From the NCBI GenBank assembly GCA_965541585.1, contig CBEUCH010000004.1, positions 128,001 to 192,000 of the forward strand: a DNA stretch of 64,000 nucleotides, given 5' to 3'. Under the pieces are notes generated by a model. That model was given only the letters and a program-made list of their open reading frames with translations, was not told the DNA's origin and made no database searches. The translations under genes and the position numbers were made by a program. This document shows positions 1 through 9,062 of this stretch, piece after piece. Each line of letters opens with the position of its first letter. Positions within the stretch are counted from its first letter, which is position 1. Source of the DNA: an uncultured bacterium (GTDB lineage: Bacteria > Zixibacteria > MSB-5A5 > UBA10806).

Positions 1-676
1 TGCTCTTGAATTCCGCAACCGTTGCTTTATCGCCCTCGACTACAACATCCTCATCCTGAAAAATAGTTCCGAACGGTGCGGCGACATCTCCCGCGATATA
101 TGCATCGCCCTGCAGGAAAACATCGCCAAAAACCGAGACCACATCGCCACTGACCTTCCCATATACGGTAACATCGCCGCCAATAGAGACTACATCACCG
201 ATGACCCGAATATCACCTTCGATCACAACATCACCGAATTTCACGATATCGTCTTCGGTGTCGGTATAAACCGTGGCCAGCCTTTTTCGCCTGATTACGC
301 GATCTTCTCGATCGCCGTACCTGATTTCAAGACCGTATTTCTCTTCCTCTTTATCAACGGAGAGTCGTTCGAGCTCTTCCTCCGTCAACTCGACCCCATC
401 GATATAAATCTTACCATCTTCTATAATCAACTCGTCCTCGACCACTATGCCTGAGTCTGTTCTGGTGAAATCATCACGGGCAATCGTGACAGTTCTAAAC
501 GAACCATCCTTCTCGAGTATAATCGTTACAGAATCCGCCGAGATCGATATTTCTACTATACCGCCGTCGCCTTCCGGCTCCACCGTCTCTCCGACAGAGA
601 ATAGCAACATGGTGAGTATCAGACCTGCTGTAATTCCCCATACTACGCCCCAAACGATTTCTTTGTTCCTATCCAT
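1..676 (-). CDS. Membrane-anchored protein with bactofilin/polymer-forming cytoskeletal-like beta-helix repeats (3' end runs off the window; not in the ORF track)
   Basis: Manual translation from ATG at 676 (SD AAGGAG upstream): MDRNKEIVWGVVWGITAGLILTMLLFS... then repeats GDVVIEGDIRVIGDVVSIGGDVTVYGKVSGDVVSVFGDV; the frame stays open to the window edge. Confidence 0.75.
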   Translation of the reverse strand, partial: MDRNKEIVWGVVWGITAGLILTMLLFSVGETVEPEGDGGIVEISISADSVTIILEKDGSFRTVTIARDDFTRTDSGIVVEDELIIEDGKIYIDGVELTEEELERLSVDKEEEKYGLEIRYGDREDRVIRRKRLATVYTDTEDDIVKFGDVVIEGDIRVIGDVVSIGGDVTVYGKVSGDVVSVFGDVFLQGDAYIAGDVAAPFGTIFQDEDVVVEGDKATVAEFKS

Positions 677-714
677 TGCTTCTCCTTTTGTTTAACATTC
701 CTGTAGGATCACTT

Positions 715-732
715 ATGCAAACCCTGTGCCTG
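715..732 (-). promoter_or_regulatory. Putative sigma54 (-24/-12) promoter
   Basis: Minus strand reads AGGCACAGGGTTTGCAT (GG-N10-GC, close to TGGCAC-N5-TTGCA), about 40 nt upstream of the ATG at 676. Confidence 0.55.
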
Positions 733-941
733 GAGGCATGTTTCTTAACCTGTTGGGATTAATGTAGATAACCGATTACCGCAATGCCCTCCCGTGTGTG
801 TTCCACACGATTATGCATAACATCGTGGCGTAATATCACAGGAATAGCCTCTAATTGGTAACGAGTAAGCTCTATCCAAAAGGGAATATCGGGAGATTAA
901 AGTCTGATTTATCTCTTGCCGGTAGCGTCTTTAAGGATAAG

Positions 942-970
942 TTGACTTGCCCTTTGCATGCCGGTATATT
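942..970 (+). promoter_or_regulatory. sigma70-type promoter
   Basis: TTGACT-17 nt-TATATT, followed by SD GAGGAG and ATG at 987. Confidence 0.55.
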
Positions 971-986
971 CACCCGAGGAGACAGC

Positions 987-1946
987 ATGAGGATACCATT
1001 TTTGGCAAAGTTGCTTTCTATATTTTCTTTTACCCTGGTTGCATCTGCTCAGGACCTGCCGCCGCTGGATCTGAATTTGAACCTGGAGGCCGGAAGCAGC
1101 TATATGTGCGTGATGCAGATGAATCAAGATTTAGCGCAGACGACTGGTGGACATGATCAGACACTCGAGCAAGAGCTTTTGATATCCTGGAGATATGATG
1201 TTATCGGGAGCAATGATAATGGCGATATCGATATCAAACTGACATACAGCCGGATAAAAATAAAACAGGATTTCGGCTTCCAATCGTCAGAATACGATTC
1301 CGACTCCCCACCCGATTATATCGAGCCATCTATGAGGGGATATGGAGTCGCCGTGGGATCAGAGCTCGGTGTCAGGATGAGCAAGAAAGGCCATGTCATA
1401 GAGATGCAGGGCGTAGATTCCATGCTCGATAAGATGATAGAAGAACTGGACCTTCCTGATTTGCCGGCTAAAAACCAGATGATCGCCGCCATGAGGAGCC
1501 AGTTCGGGGAGGATGCCTTAAAACATGCACTCGAACAGATTACCGGATTTTACCCGGAATCGCTGGTGAATCCAAAAGATAAATGGACTTCGGAGAAATT
1601 AGTGAGCGCCGGATTTCCAATGAAAGTAGTCGACAATTACACCCTGCGATCCAGGAAGAACGGCATAGCCAATATAGACGTTTCATCTGTGATAACCTCG
1701 AGTCCTGACAGTGAAGGTGTCCAGATGGGTCCCGTGAGTATATTCTACGATATCACAGGAGCGCATACCGGCTCTATCGAGGTGGATGAATCGACCGGCT
1801 TGCCGATAAGGTCCGAGATCGATATGAGCCTTTCCGGAACGGTCAGAGCCTCAGGCATACCGGATGAGGAACCGCAGTCCTGGCCGATACGCGCCGATGG
1901 CCGGGTGGTGGTTACCTTTGAGACGCTGGAGAATGCGGGACCTTGA
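987..1946 (+). CDS. Secreted DUF6263-like protein
   Basis: Start at ATG 987 (SD present) gives signal peptide MRIPFLAKLLSIFSFTLVASA; 'EYDSD' motif and 'VDESTGLP' C-terminal strand; paralogous to 2967..3914. Confidence 0.6.
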   Translation: MRIPFLAKLLSIFSFTLVASAQDLPPLDLNLNLEAGSSYMCVMQMNQDLAQTTGGHDQTLEQELLISWRYDVIGSNDNGDIDIKLTYSRIKIKQDFGFQSSEYDSDSPPDYIEPSMRGYGVAVGSELGVRMSKKGHVIEMQGVDSMLDKMIEELDLPDLPAKNQMIAAMRSQFGEDALKHALEQITGFYPESLVNPKDKWTSEKLVSAGFPMKVVDNYTLRSRKNGIANIDVSSVITSSPDSEGVQMGPVSIFYDITGAHTGSIEVDESTGLPIRSEIDMSLSGTVRASGIPDEEPQSWPIRADGRVVVTFETLENAGP

Positions 1947-2125
1947 TCCGGCAGGCCTGATATAGATCTGCCATCGCAATCATCATATAGCGAAGATCAG
2001 AGTGAGCTTTCGCCCACTTTTAGCTTTACTCCGAATAGAGAAAACCGATAATATTATGTGAATGGCAGAGCTCACTTTTGGGGTTGAGGTGTGAGCATAT
2101 GGGAATTCAATACTAAGGAGGAGAT

Positions 2126-2764
2126 ATGTGGATGAGACCGGCCTTATTGATATCGCTTTTGATGTTCCTGGGCGGCTCAATTGATAGTGTCCATGCCGAT
2201 GTTAATATCGGGATAAAGGCGGATGAAAGCGGGATCAAGGAGTTCTACCTCGCCATCGGGGATCATTACAAGGCGCCCGAGAAAGAGGTGGTATTGGTAA
2301 GAAAACGGGGCATTCCCGACGATGATCTGCCGGTGGTGTTTTTTCTCTCTAAACGGGCTGGTGTTTCTCCCGGTGTGATAATCGATCTTCACCTCGGCGG
2401 AAAATCGTGGATGGATATCACTTTCCATTACGGCTTGACGGCGGAGATTTATTACGTCGAGGTCAAGGAAATCAAAGGTCCGCCCTATGGCAAGGCCTAC
2501 GGCCACTTTAAGAAAAAACCGAAGAAAGGCTGGAAAACCATAAAACTCGTCGATGCTGATATAGTCAATTTTGTGAATTTAAGATTTCTTTCAGAACATT
2601 ACGGCTATTCCCCGGATGAGATTATCACCATGAGATCGAAGGGTGATAGTTTCGTCAACATAAATGCCAAAGTGAAGAAGGCGAAAAACGACGCGAAAGC
2701 CAGGAAGAAGGCAAAAACTGTCGCCAAGAAGCAAAAAGCCAAAGCCAAGGGCAAGAAGAAATAG
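2126..2764 (+). CDS. Secreted hypothetical protein with Lys-rich C-terminal tail
   Basis: Strong SD AAGGAGGAG, signal peptide, GPPYGKAYG motif, tail KKAKNDAKARKKAKTVAKKQKAKAKGKKK. Confidence 0.75.
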   Translation: MWMRPALLISLLMFLGGSIDSVHADVNIGIKADESGIKEFYLAIGDHYKAPEKEVVLVRKRGIPDDDLPVVFFLSKRAGVSPGVIIDLHLGGKSWMDITFHYGLTAEIYYVEVKEIKGPPYGKAYGHFKKKPKKGWKTIKLVDADIVNFVNLRFLSEHYGYSPDEIITMRSKGDSFVNINAKVKKAKNDAKARKKAKTVAKKQKAKAKGKKK

Positions 2765-2794
2765 ACAGTATCTAAAGAATATAAATTAAAATTG

Positions 2795-2826
2795 AATCGC
2801 CGGGCTCAATTGGCCGGCGATTTTTG
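2795..2826 (+). terminator. Intrinsic terminator
   Basis: AATCGCCGG...CCGGCGATT stem followed by a T-run, downstream of 2764. Confidence 0.7.
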
Positions 2827-2966
2827 TTGGGATTGATTACGAGCGGAAGAAGGGAGAATTATAAGATTGACATGGAATAAAGCCTTGTCTTACCTTGATA
2901 CGGGTCCTTATAGGGTAAAGCGAGGGAATAAAATAAAGCGAACATAGGCTAAACAAGGAGATACTC

Positions 2967-3914
2967 ATGAAACGTCTGATTTTTCATATTATCCCGGTCA
3001 TCATTTTGATATTCTCAGCGTGCAGGTTTGTGTCACGCGGCGAGTTAGATCTTCGGCTTAACCTCCAAAAAGGGGATAAGTATCGTGTTGTTGCCGACGT
3101 TACTCACCTAATGGCGCAGTCGCTTGGCGAGAGGGATACGACAATATCGTCCCGAACCAAAGTTCATTATACATATCATGTGTTGGACATCGACAAGGAC
3201 GGCAACTACGATATTATGGAATCATTTGACAAAATCATCATTAGTTCTGGTGTGGACGACGATGTGATCGAATATGATTCTGACAATCCACCGCAGGATC
3301 TCGATCCATCATCGGCCGCTATGAATGACTTTATGGGGGCTGAAATTCAGATCAAGATATCACCCGATGGCGAAGTGCTTGAGATTGCAGGAGCCAGAGA
3401 ATTAATGCTCAAGCTAATGGAGCAAAACGAAGATGCCGACTCCGCTTTTCAGGAATCGTATTTAGAGGTTCTTGATAAACTGTTCGGGGAAAACGGGTTT
3501 GCAAAATCTATGAATCAAACCTTCGCCTACCTGCCCGGAAAACCTGTCAGAATTGGAGATAGCTGGAGCTCTGGATATCAAATCAATATCGTCATGAATA
3601 TCAACCTATCAACCCAGTATACACTTAAATCGCGCGAACAAGGCGTTGCCATAATAGACGTAAATTCTTCAGTATCTACTGATACCCTGATGCTCGGGGA
3701 TGGGCAGAAGGAAGAAGATTTTTCCTTCAGTATGGAAGGAAGCATGACAGGTGTCTTTCGGGTCGATGAAAGTAGCGGTATTCTCATTTCAGGCGAAATT
3801 GAGGTGACCATGTCAGGCCATATAGATGTGCCTCTCGCCTTCGGTATGGACCCGGCAGAGGCTCCATTTACAATAAGAATGATCGTCGTTACAAAAATGG
3901 AAAAAATAGCTTAA
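2967..3914 (+). CDS. DUF6263-like lipoprotein
   Basis: Lipobox-like IFSAC, 'LRLNLQKGDKY', 'IEYDSD', 'PVRIGDSW', 'VDESSG'; paralog of 987..1946. Confidence 0.65.
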   Translation: MKRLIFHIIPVIILIFSACRFVSRGELDLRLNLQKGDKYRVVADVTHLMAQSLGERDTTISSRTKVHYTYHVLDIDKDGNYDIMESFDKIIISSGVDDDVIEYDSDNPPQDLDPSSAAMNDFMGAEIQIKISPDGEVLEIAGARELMLKLMEQNEDADSAFQESYLEVLDKLFGENGFAKSMNQTFAYLPGKPVRIGDSWSSGYQINIVMNINLSTQYTLKSREQGVAIIDVNSSVSTDTLMLGDGQKEEDFSFSMEGSMTGVFRVDESSGILISGEIEVTMSGHIDVPLAFGMDPAEAPFTIRMIVVTKMEKIA

Positions 3915-4768
3915 TTTCGTATTAGAATAATTATATTATCCAGAAGCCTTACTCCCTCTATCACAACCACCAACGATATCATAACCTGTCCTGAAAGCTC
4001 TTTTAGCGGGCCGAGATCATCCCAGCGGTTAAATGATATGTAATCGATCTTCACCCCGGGAACAGATTTTATCAGTTTTCGCATCCTGAATTCAATGATG
4101 CCAGTTCTTCTCTCGCCTTTTCTTATCATATCCGACGCCAGCTGAAGTGACTGCCTGATAACGGTGGCTTTATCGAGGCCTTGTTTACTCAGGTAAGAAT
4201 GCCTTGAGGATAATGCTATACCGGTTTTGGTTCTCACTATGGGGCCTTTGATAATCTTAAGATCAAAATCGAGATCTTTAACCATCCGTTTTATGACAGC
4301 CAATTGCTGGCCGTCCTTCTGGCCGAATACTGCGAGATGCGGTTTGGTGATATTAAATAGCTTCGCACAGACCGTCGCCACACCGCGGAAATGCACCGGC
4401 CGCCTGGCGCCCTCCAGAATATCAGTCATGCCATCGATATTGACGTACGTCGAATGGCCCGCAGGATATATATCATCCACCGACGGATGAAAGACTATCT
4501 GAGCACCGGCCTTTTCCAATTTTTCGCAGTCCGATTTGAACGCTTCAGGATATTTTGCGAAATCCTCACCGGGGCCGAACTGCGCAGGGTTGACAAACAC
4601 CGAAACGATGACGATATCCGATTTCTTAACTGCGATATCGACCAGCTTGAGGTGTCCCGCATGGAGGGCTCCCATAGTCGGCACCAGGCCGATGATTTTG
4701 CCATCCGCCCTGAGCGACTCCGATAGAGTCTGCATTTTTTTAGGCGATTTGATTATAAGGAGGGGCAT
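3911..4768 (-). CDS. panC: Pantoate--beta-alanine ligase
   Basis: VPTMGALHAGH, SVFVNPAQF, HFRGV, FGQKDGQQ, ALSSR, RLLDN motifs. Confidence 0.97.
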   Translation of the reverse strand: MPLLIIKSPKKMQTLSESLRADGKIIGLVPTMGALHAGHLKLVDIAVKKSDIVIVSVFVNPAQFGPGEDFAKYPEAFKSDCEKLEKAGAQIVFHPSVDDIYPAGHSTYVNIDGMTDILEGARRPVHFRGVATVCAKLFNITKPHLAVFGQKDGQQLAVIKRMVKDLDFDLKIIKGPIVRTKTGIALSSRHSYLSKQGLDKATVIRQSLQLASDMIRKGERRTGIIEFRMRKLIKSVPGVKIDYISFNRWDDLGPLKELSGQVMISLVVVIEGVRLLDNIIILIRN

Positions 4769-4837
4769 TCTTGGAAATATTCCAGATTCTCTAATAAATG
4801 ATACGTTGTAGGGGCGTATAATGATATATAACCAGTA

Positions 4838-5668
4838 CTACTTATAACTTTCCTCTTCCCCCGGGAACTTGCCGTTTCTGACATCGTCTATGTACTCCGT
4901 TACGGCTTTTCTGATGATTCCGGCCAGATCGGCGTAGGCGCGGACGAATTTCGGGCGGAACTCCTCGAAGAGGCCGATCATATCGGAGATCACCAACACC
5001 TGGCCATCGCAATGCGGCCCGGCGCCGATCCCGATGGTGGGTATCCGGACCGATTCGGTTATCTCCCTTGCCACGTCCGGGAGGACGGATTCCAGAACCA
5101 TGGAAAAGCAGCCGGCATCCTGCAAAGCCTTGGCGGATTGCAAAAGGTACTTTTTCTGTTTCTCCGTTTTCCCCATAACGAGATAGCCGCCGAATTTATT
5201 CACCGATTGGGGGGTCAAACCGATATGCCCCATAACCGGTATGCCGAGATCGACCATGCGAAGTATCAGGGGGGCAATCTCGGAGCCGCCCTCGAGTTTC
5301 ACCGCCTGGGCTCCCGCTTCTTTCAGAAAACGTCCGGCGTTGCGGATAGCATCGGTTTCCGACGTCTGAAAGCTCAAGAACGGCATATCGCCCACAACCA
5401 GGGCCCTGCTTACGCCTCTTACCACGGCTTTAGACAGAAAGATCATCTCGTCCATGGTGATCGGCAGTGTATTCTCATGTCCCGCCACCACAGTCCCGGC
5501 GGAGTCGCCCACCAGTATACAATCGATACCGGCGGAATCCAAAATCTTGGCGGTCGGGAAATCGTAGGCGGTGAGAACAGCTATCTTCTTCCCGTTTTGC
5601 TTCAGCCTCCTGAAGCTACGAGTGGTGACCCTGCCCTTGTTCATCTTCTCTCCGGGCTGATTACCCAT
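4838..5668 (-). CDS. panB: 3-methyl-2-oxobutanoate hydroxymethyltransferase
   Basis: LTAYD, ILVGDS, VKLEGG, HIGLTPQ, IGIGAG..CDGQVLV motifs. Confidence 0.97.
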   Translation of the reverse strand: MGNQPGEKMNKGRVTTRSFRRLKQNGKKIAVLTAYDFPTAKILDSAGIDCILVGDSAGTVVAGHENTLPITMDEMIFLSKAVVRGVSRALVVGDMPFLSFQTSETDAIRNAGRFLKEAGAQAVKLEGGSEIAPLILRMVDLGIPVMGHIGLTPQSVNKFGGYLVMGKTEKQKKYLLQSAKALQDAGCFSMVLESVLPDVAREITESVRIPTIGIGAGPHCDGQVLVISDMIGLFEEFRPKFVRAYADLAGIIRKAVTEYIDDVRNGKFPGEEESYK

Positions 5669-6536
5669 CCCAGACCTCGTCGGAGTTTTTGACCTTTGTC
5701 ATTTTCTGAGACATGACCTCATTTAAAGATTCGCTCAGAGGCCTGGAGGTCGACGGGTCGATGGCGTCCGGCTCGATCTCCAAAAGCGGCTCCAGCACGA
5801 AACGCCGCGTCTTCAATCGGGAATGAGGAATCATTAAATCCAGAGAATCCAGGTCGATATCACCGTAAAGCAGTATATCAATATCCATCGGCCGGGGAAG
5901 CATGTGAGTGTCGGGCTGACGTCCAAGCGCCGCCTCTATCGATTTCGTGATTCCCAGCAGGGAATGAGGATCGCAACCGGTCTCGATCTTGACGACGCAA
6001 TTTACGTAATCCGGCTGATCCGATGCCCCCACCGGCTGACTTTCATAAAGCGATGATACGGCCTTTATCCGGATGACCTCGGATTGACTCAACAGATCTA
6101 TAGCCTTCTTAATATTGCCTTCTCTATCACCCTCGTTGGCCCCCAGTCCTAAAAAAACATTAGCCACCTTAAATACCTCCAGCTTATCTCCCGAAGTTTC
6201 CACTTCCACATAATCTATGTTGCCCGGAACGGGAGGGATTCTCTTACGCACCCGCAGCGTAACTCTCGGTGCCCCCGTTTTTTTCTGGATTTCCCTCCTC
6301 AATCTCTCGGCAAGCGTCTCCAGAAGATTATAACGGTGGTTTTCGAGAAATTCCTCCACAATCTTATAAACGGACAAATAGCTCACGGCATCATCGAGAT
6401 GATCGCTGTCGGCCGCCCTCGTGATATCGGTTTCGATCTCGCAATCGACCTCGTAACGACGGCCTGTTTCCCTTTCGGCGGCGGCCACACCGTGGTAGCC
6501 ATAAAAGATCATGTTCACCAGCCTGATGAATGCCAC
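5661..6536 (-). CDS. folB-folK: Bifunctional dihydroneopterin aldolase / 6-hydroxymethyl-7,8-dihydropterin pyrophosphokinase
   Basis: N-terminal FYGYHGV...E and NLLETLAE (FolB); C-terminal FLGLGAN, PRPMDIDIL, IPH..L..RRFVLEPL (FolK). Confidence 0.93.
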   Translation of the reverse strand: MAFIRLVNMIFYGYHGVAAAERETGRRYEVDCEIETDITRAADSDHLDDAVSYLSVYKIVEEFLENHRYNLLETLAERLRREIQKKTGAPRVTLRVRKRIPPVPGNIDYVEVETSGDKLEVFKVANVFLGLGANEGDREGNIKKAIDLLSQSEVIRIKAVSSLYESQPVGASDQPDYVNCVVKIETGCDPHSLLGITKSIEAALGRQPDTHMLPRPMDIDILLYGDIDLDSLDLMIPHSRLKTRRFVLEPLLEIEPDAIDPSTSRPLSESLNEVMSQKMTKVKNSDEVWDG

Positions 6537-6551
6537 AAAAGGCCTCCTCTC

Positions 6552-7205
6552 TTAGAGCCCGTTAATTATCGAACTATCCAGGGAAATATATTCAGTTCCC
6601 CCGGGCCCGGACAATATCTTATTTACCAGGTAATTGAAATTCTCGGTATCCCTCCTGAAATCGGTGTTATCGGTTTTGATTACCAGCAGGGGAGTGCTTC
6701 TGTAGTGGAAAAAGAATTCGCTATAAGAGTCGCACACCGCCTCCAGATAATGGCGGTCAAAGTCCCCCTCGAAATCCCGGCTGCGTTTGTGAATTCGCTC
6801 CATTAAGATATCCACCGAGGCCGTAATATATATTACGAGATCGGGCCTGGCTATATTGGATTCGAGGGTCGAAGCCACCCGGTTATATAGAGACAACTCA
6901 CGCTCCGTCAAATTTACGCGGGCAAAAATCCCGTCCTTGGCAAACAGGTAATCCGAGATCAGCGCCTTTGAGAACAGGTCATGATTCAAAATCTGCTGTT
7001 GCTGAGAATAGCGTGACATCAGAAAAAAGACCTGAGTTTGAAATGCCGAGCTTTCTCTATTTTTATAGAAATCCGGCAGAAAGGGATTGTCTTCGGCCGT
7101 CTCGAGCACCAGGCGAGCCGCAAAGTGATCGGCCAGTAGTTTTGCCAGGCTGGTCTTGCCCACCCCTATGGGACCTTCGACAGCTATGTATCCGTTATAC
7201 CCCAA
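6552..7205 (-). CDS. Deoxynucleoside kinase (dGK/dAK family)
   Basis: IAVEGPIGVGKT P-loop, NPFLPDFY, FQTQVFFL, RIHKRSRDFE lid. Confidence 0.92.
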   Translation of the reverse strand: MGYNGYIAVEGPIGVGKTSLAKLLADHFAARLVLETAEDNPFLPDFYKNRESSAFQTQVFFLMSRYSQQQQILNHDLFSKALISDYLFAKDGIFARVNLTERELSLYNRVASTLESNIARPDLVIYITASVDILMERIHKRSRDFEGDFDRHYLEAVCDSYSEFFFHYRSTPLLVIKTDNTDFRRDTENFNYLVNKILSGPGGTEYISLDSSIINGL

Positions 7206-7223
7206 AGTTCAGTTTCTGCGAAA

Positions 7224-8417
7224 TTACGTCTTTGCCCTATATTTCCTCTGCCAGATTTTGGAATGCCGGGAGATTCTGTCCAGGGCCTCCCGGAGGATTT
7301 TCTCATCAGGGAGGAGAGTTAAACGATGCCACCCTTCCCCTCCCTCGCCGAAATCGGTTCCGGGGGCGACCCTCACTCCGGCCTTCAGGAAGAGCCGTCT
7401 GGCAAAAGCCAGGGAGCTGCTCCGGGCCGGCGGTTTCACCCAGATAAAGGGAACGGACTTCCCTTCTCGTATACGCCAGCCGAGTTCTTTCAGGCCTCTC
7501 GAGAGGAATTCCCGCGACCGTTTCAACGATTTCCTGCGCGCCGCAAAAATCTCAGCGGCTCGATCCAGACCCTTAATGGCAATGGTAACACGATGGGCGT
7601 CGGGAGAAAATCCCATGGCATCGAGTAATCCCTCGAGAATCGAGATGACGTCCCTATGCCCGACTGCAAATCCCAGGCCGTTCAGACCGAATGTTGCAGC
7701 GAAGGAATGTAACTCCAGGGCCTTTTTCCTCGAGCCCTTAACCTGCAATATGGAGGCGGCGTCGGGATCGCCCGGATGGATATAAGCGCAATCCAGGACT
7801 ATCAGGATATTCTCAAACTTGATTGAATTTAGCAGGTCCCTGTAGAAATAGCTATCCACGGAGGTCCCGGTAGGGTTATGCGGATAATTCAGATACAGGA
7901 TTTTTAGTTTCTCCGGAGGAGGCTGTGTCAATGCAGATATATTAGCCACATAATCGTTTCTCTCGTTGAGCAGGTAGCTACTCGGAATACCATCAGCAAG
8001 GCAAATCGCGGATCTGAAATACTGCATCCCGGGGTCGGGATAGGCTGCAACGTCTCCGGGATTCAAAAGCGAGAGGGCCAGGGCCGATGCCGCCATCCTG
8101 ATTCCAGGCGTCAGAACAATCTCCTTTTCGGAATTTGCAATAGCGGAATTCAAGGGCAGGTGCATATCGACTATTCTGGCTTTCAATCGGGAAATCAGTT
8201 CCTGATCTGCGGGCATGCCCGGTCCTATAATTTCCGACTTGCCGATGGTATCGAATATGGATTTTAGATCCGGAAATTGGGGGTGAAGCGAACTGAGATC
8301 TATCAACTCGACCCCTCGTCCCGCAAGGCGCTTGCGAGCGAAACTCATGCGGCCCAGTGCAGGCTGAGGAATCCTCCAGAGCCGCTCGGCTTTGTCTATG
8401 AGGATCTTCATTGCCAA
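7224..8417 (-). CDS. Class I/II aminotransferase-like protein (LL-diaminopimelate aminotransferase-like fold) lacking the PLP lysine
   Basis: LNYPHNPTG, LDCAY and APGTDFGEGGEGWHRL present, but HSFAATFG replaces HSxSKT; the likely start is ATG at 8411. Confidence 0.8.
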   Translation of the reverse strand: MAMKILIDKAERLWRIPQPALGRMSFARKRLAGRGVELIDLSSLHPQFPDLKSIFDTIGKSEIIGPGMPADQELISRLKARIVDMHLPLNSAIANSEKEIVLTPGIRMAASALALSLLNPGDVAAYPDPGMQYFRSAICLADGIPSSYLLNERNDYVANISALTQPPPEKLKILYLNYPHNPTGTSVDSYFYRDLLNSIKFENILIVLDCAYIHPGDPDAASILQVKGSRKKALELHSFAATFGLNGLGFAVGHRDVISILEGLLDAMGFSPDAHRVTIAIKGLDRAAEIFAARRKSLKRSREFLSRGLKELGWRIREGKSVPFIWVKPPARSSSLAFARRLFLKAGVRVAPGTDFGEGGEGWHRLTLLPDEKILREALDRISRHSKIWQRKYRAKT

Positions 8418-8543
8418 TGACCTGGTTGCCCGGATGCGCTCCTGTCCGGGGTTGGGGCATTACCTCCTCCGTTCCCCGGCCGAAATTCCAGTTCACTCAT
8501 TTGTTCACACCGGACTGTGTAATCAATATTATTCCTACGGTTA

Positions 8544-8924
8544 CTAATCCGTTCCATCCGAAACCAGTATAGCCGAGGCAACGGCATATTCGTTGGTATG
8601 GGAAAGAGAGATTACGACCTTCTTATTACCGGTATGACTTCTAATCGCACGACCCAATCTCACCTGCGGCTGGCCCCTGCGGTCATTAACCACCTCCACC
8701 GATGTCCACTTAACGCCCTCGGCAAATCCTGTCCCGATGGCCTTGAAAACAGCCTCCTTGACGGCAAACCGGCCCGCAAACGACAGTGCGGGATTAATCT
8801 TCGACAGACAGTATTCTATCTCCCAGGGTGTGAATACGCGGTTGGTAAAACGTTCACCGTAACGATCTATTGCCATTTTTATCCTCTTAATATCGACCAG
8901 GTCGATGCCTACAGATTCGATCAT
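8544..8924 (-). CDS. acpS: Holo-[acyl-carrier-protein] synthase
   Basis: VGIDLV, FAGRFAVKEAVFKA, ISLSH motifs. Confidence 0.96.
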   Translation of the reverse strand: MIESVGIDLVDIKRIKMAIDRYGERFTNRVFTPWEIEYCLSKINPALSFAGRFAVKEAVFKAIGTGFAEGVKWTSVEVVNDRRGQPQVRLGRAIRSHTGNKKVVISLSHTNEYAVASAILVSDGTD

Positions 8925-9062
8925 AAAATCACCGGCTTTGAATATAGTCCTCTACAAATTAAAAGTCAAAAGCTTAGTTTATGGATAATCATTACAGATA
9001 ATCCGGATCGAAAACCGTGTAGCCGATCAGGTGGCGGTTTTATTTGTCTATTTTAACATACG

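Noticed and set aside
4805..4840. GTAGGGGCG REP-like remnant between panB and panC
   Set aside because: No complementary arm is present; too degenerate to call.
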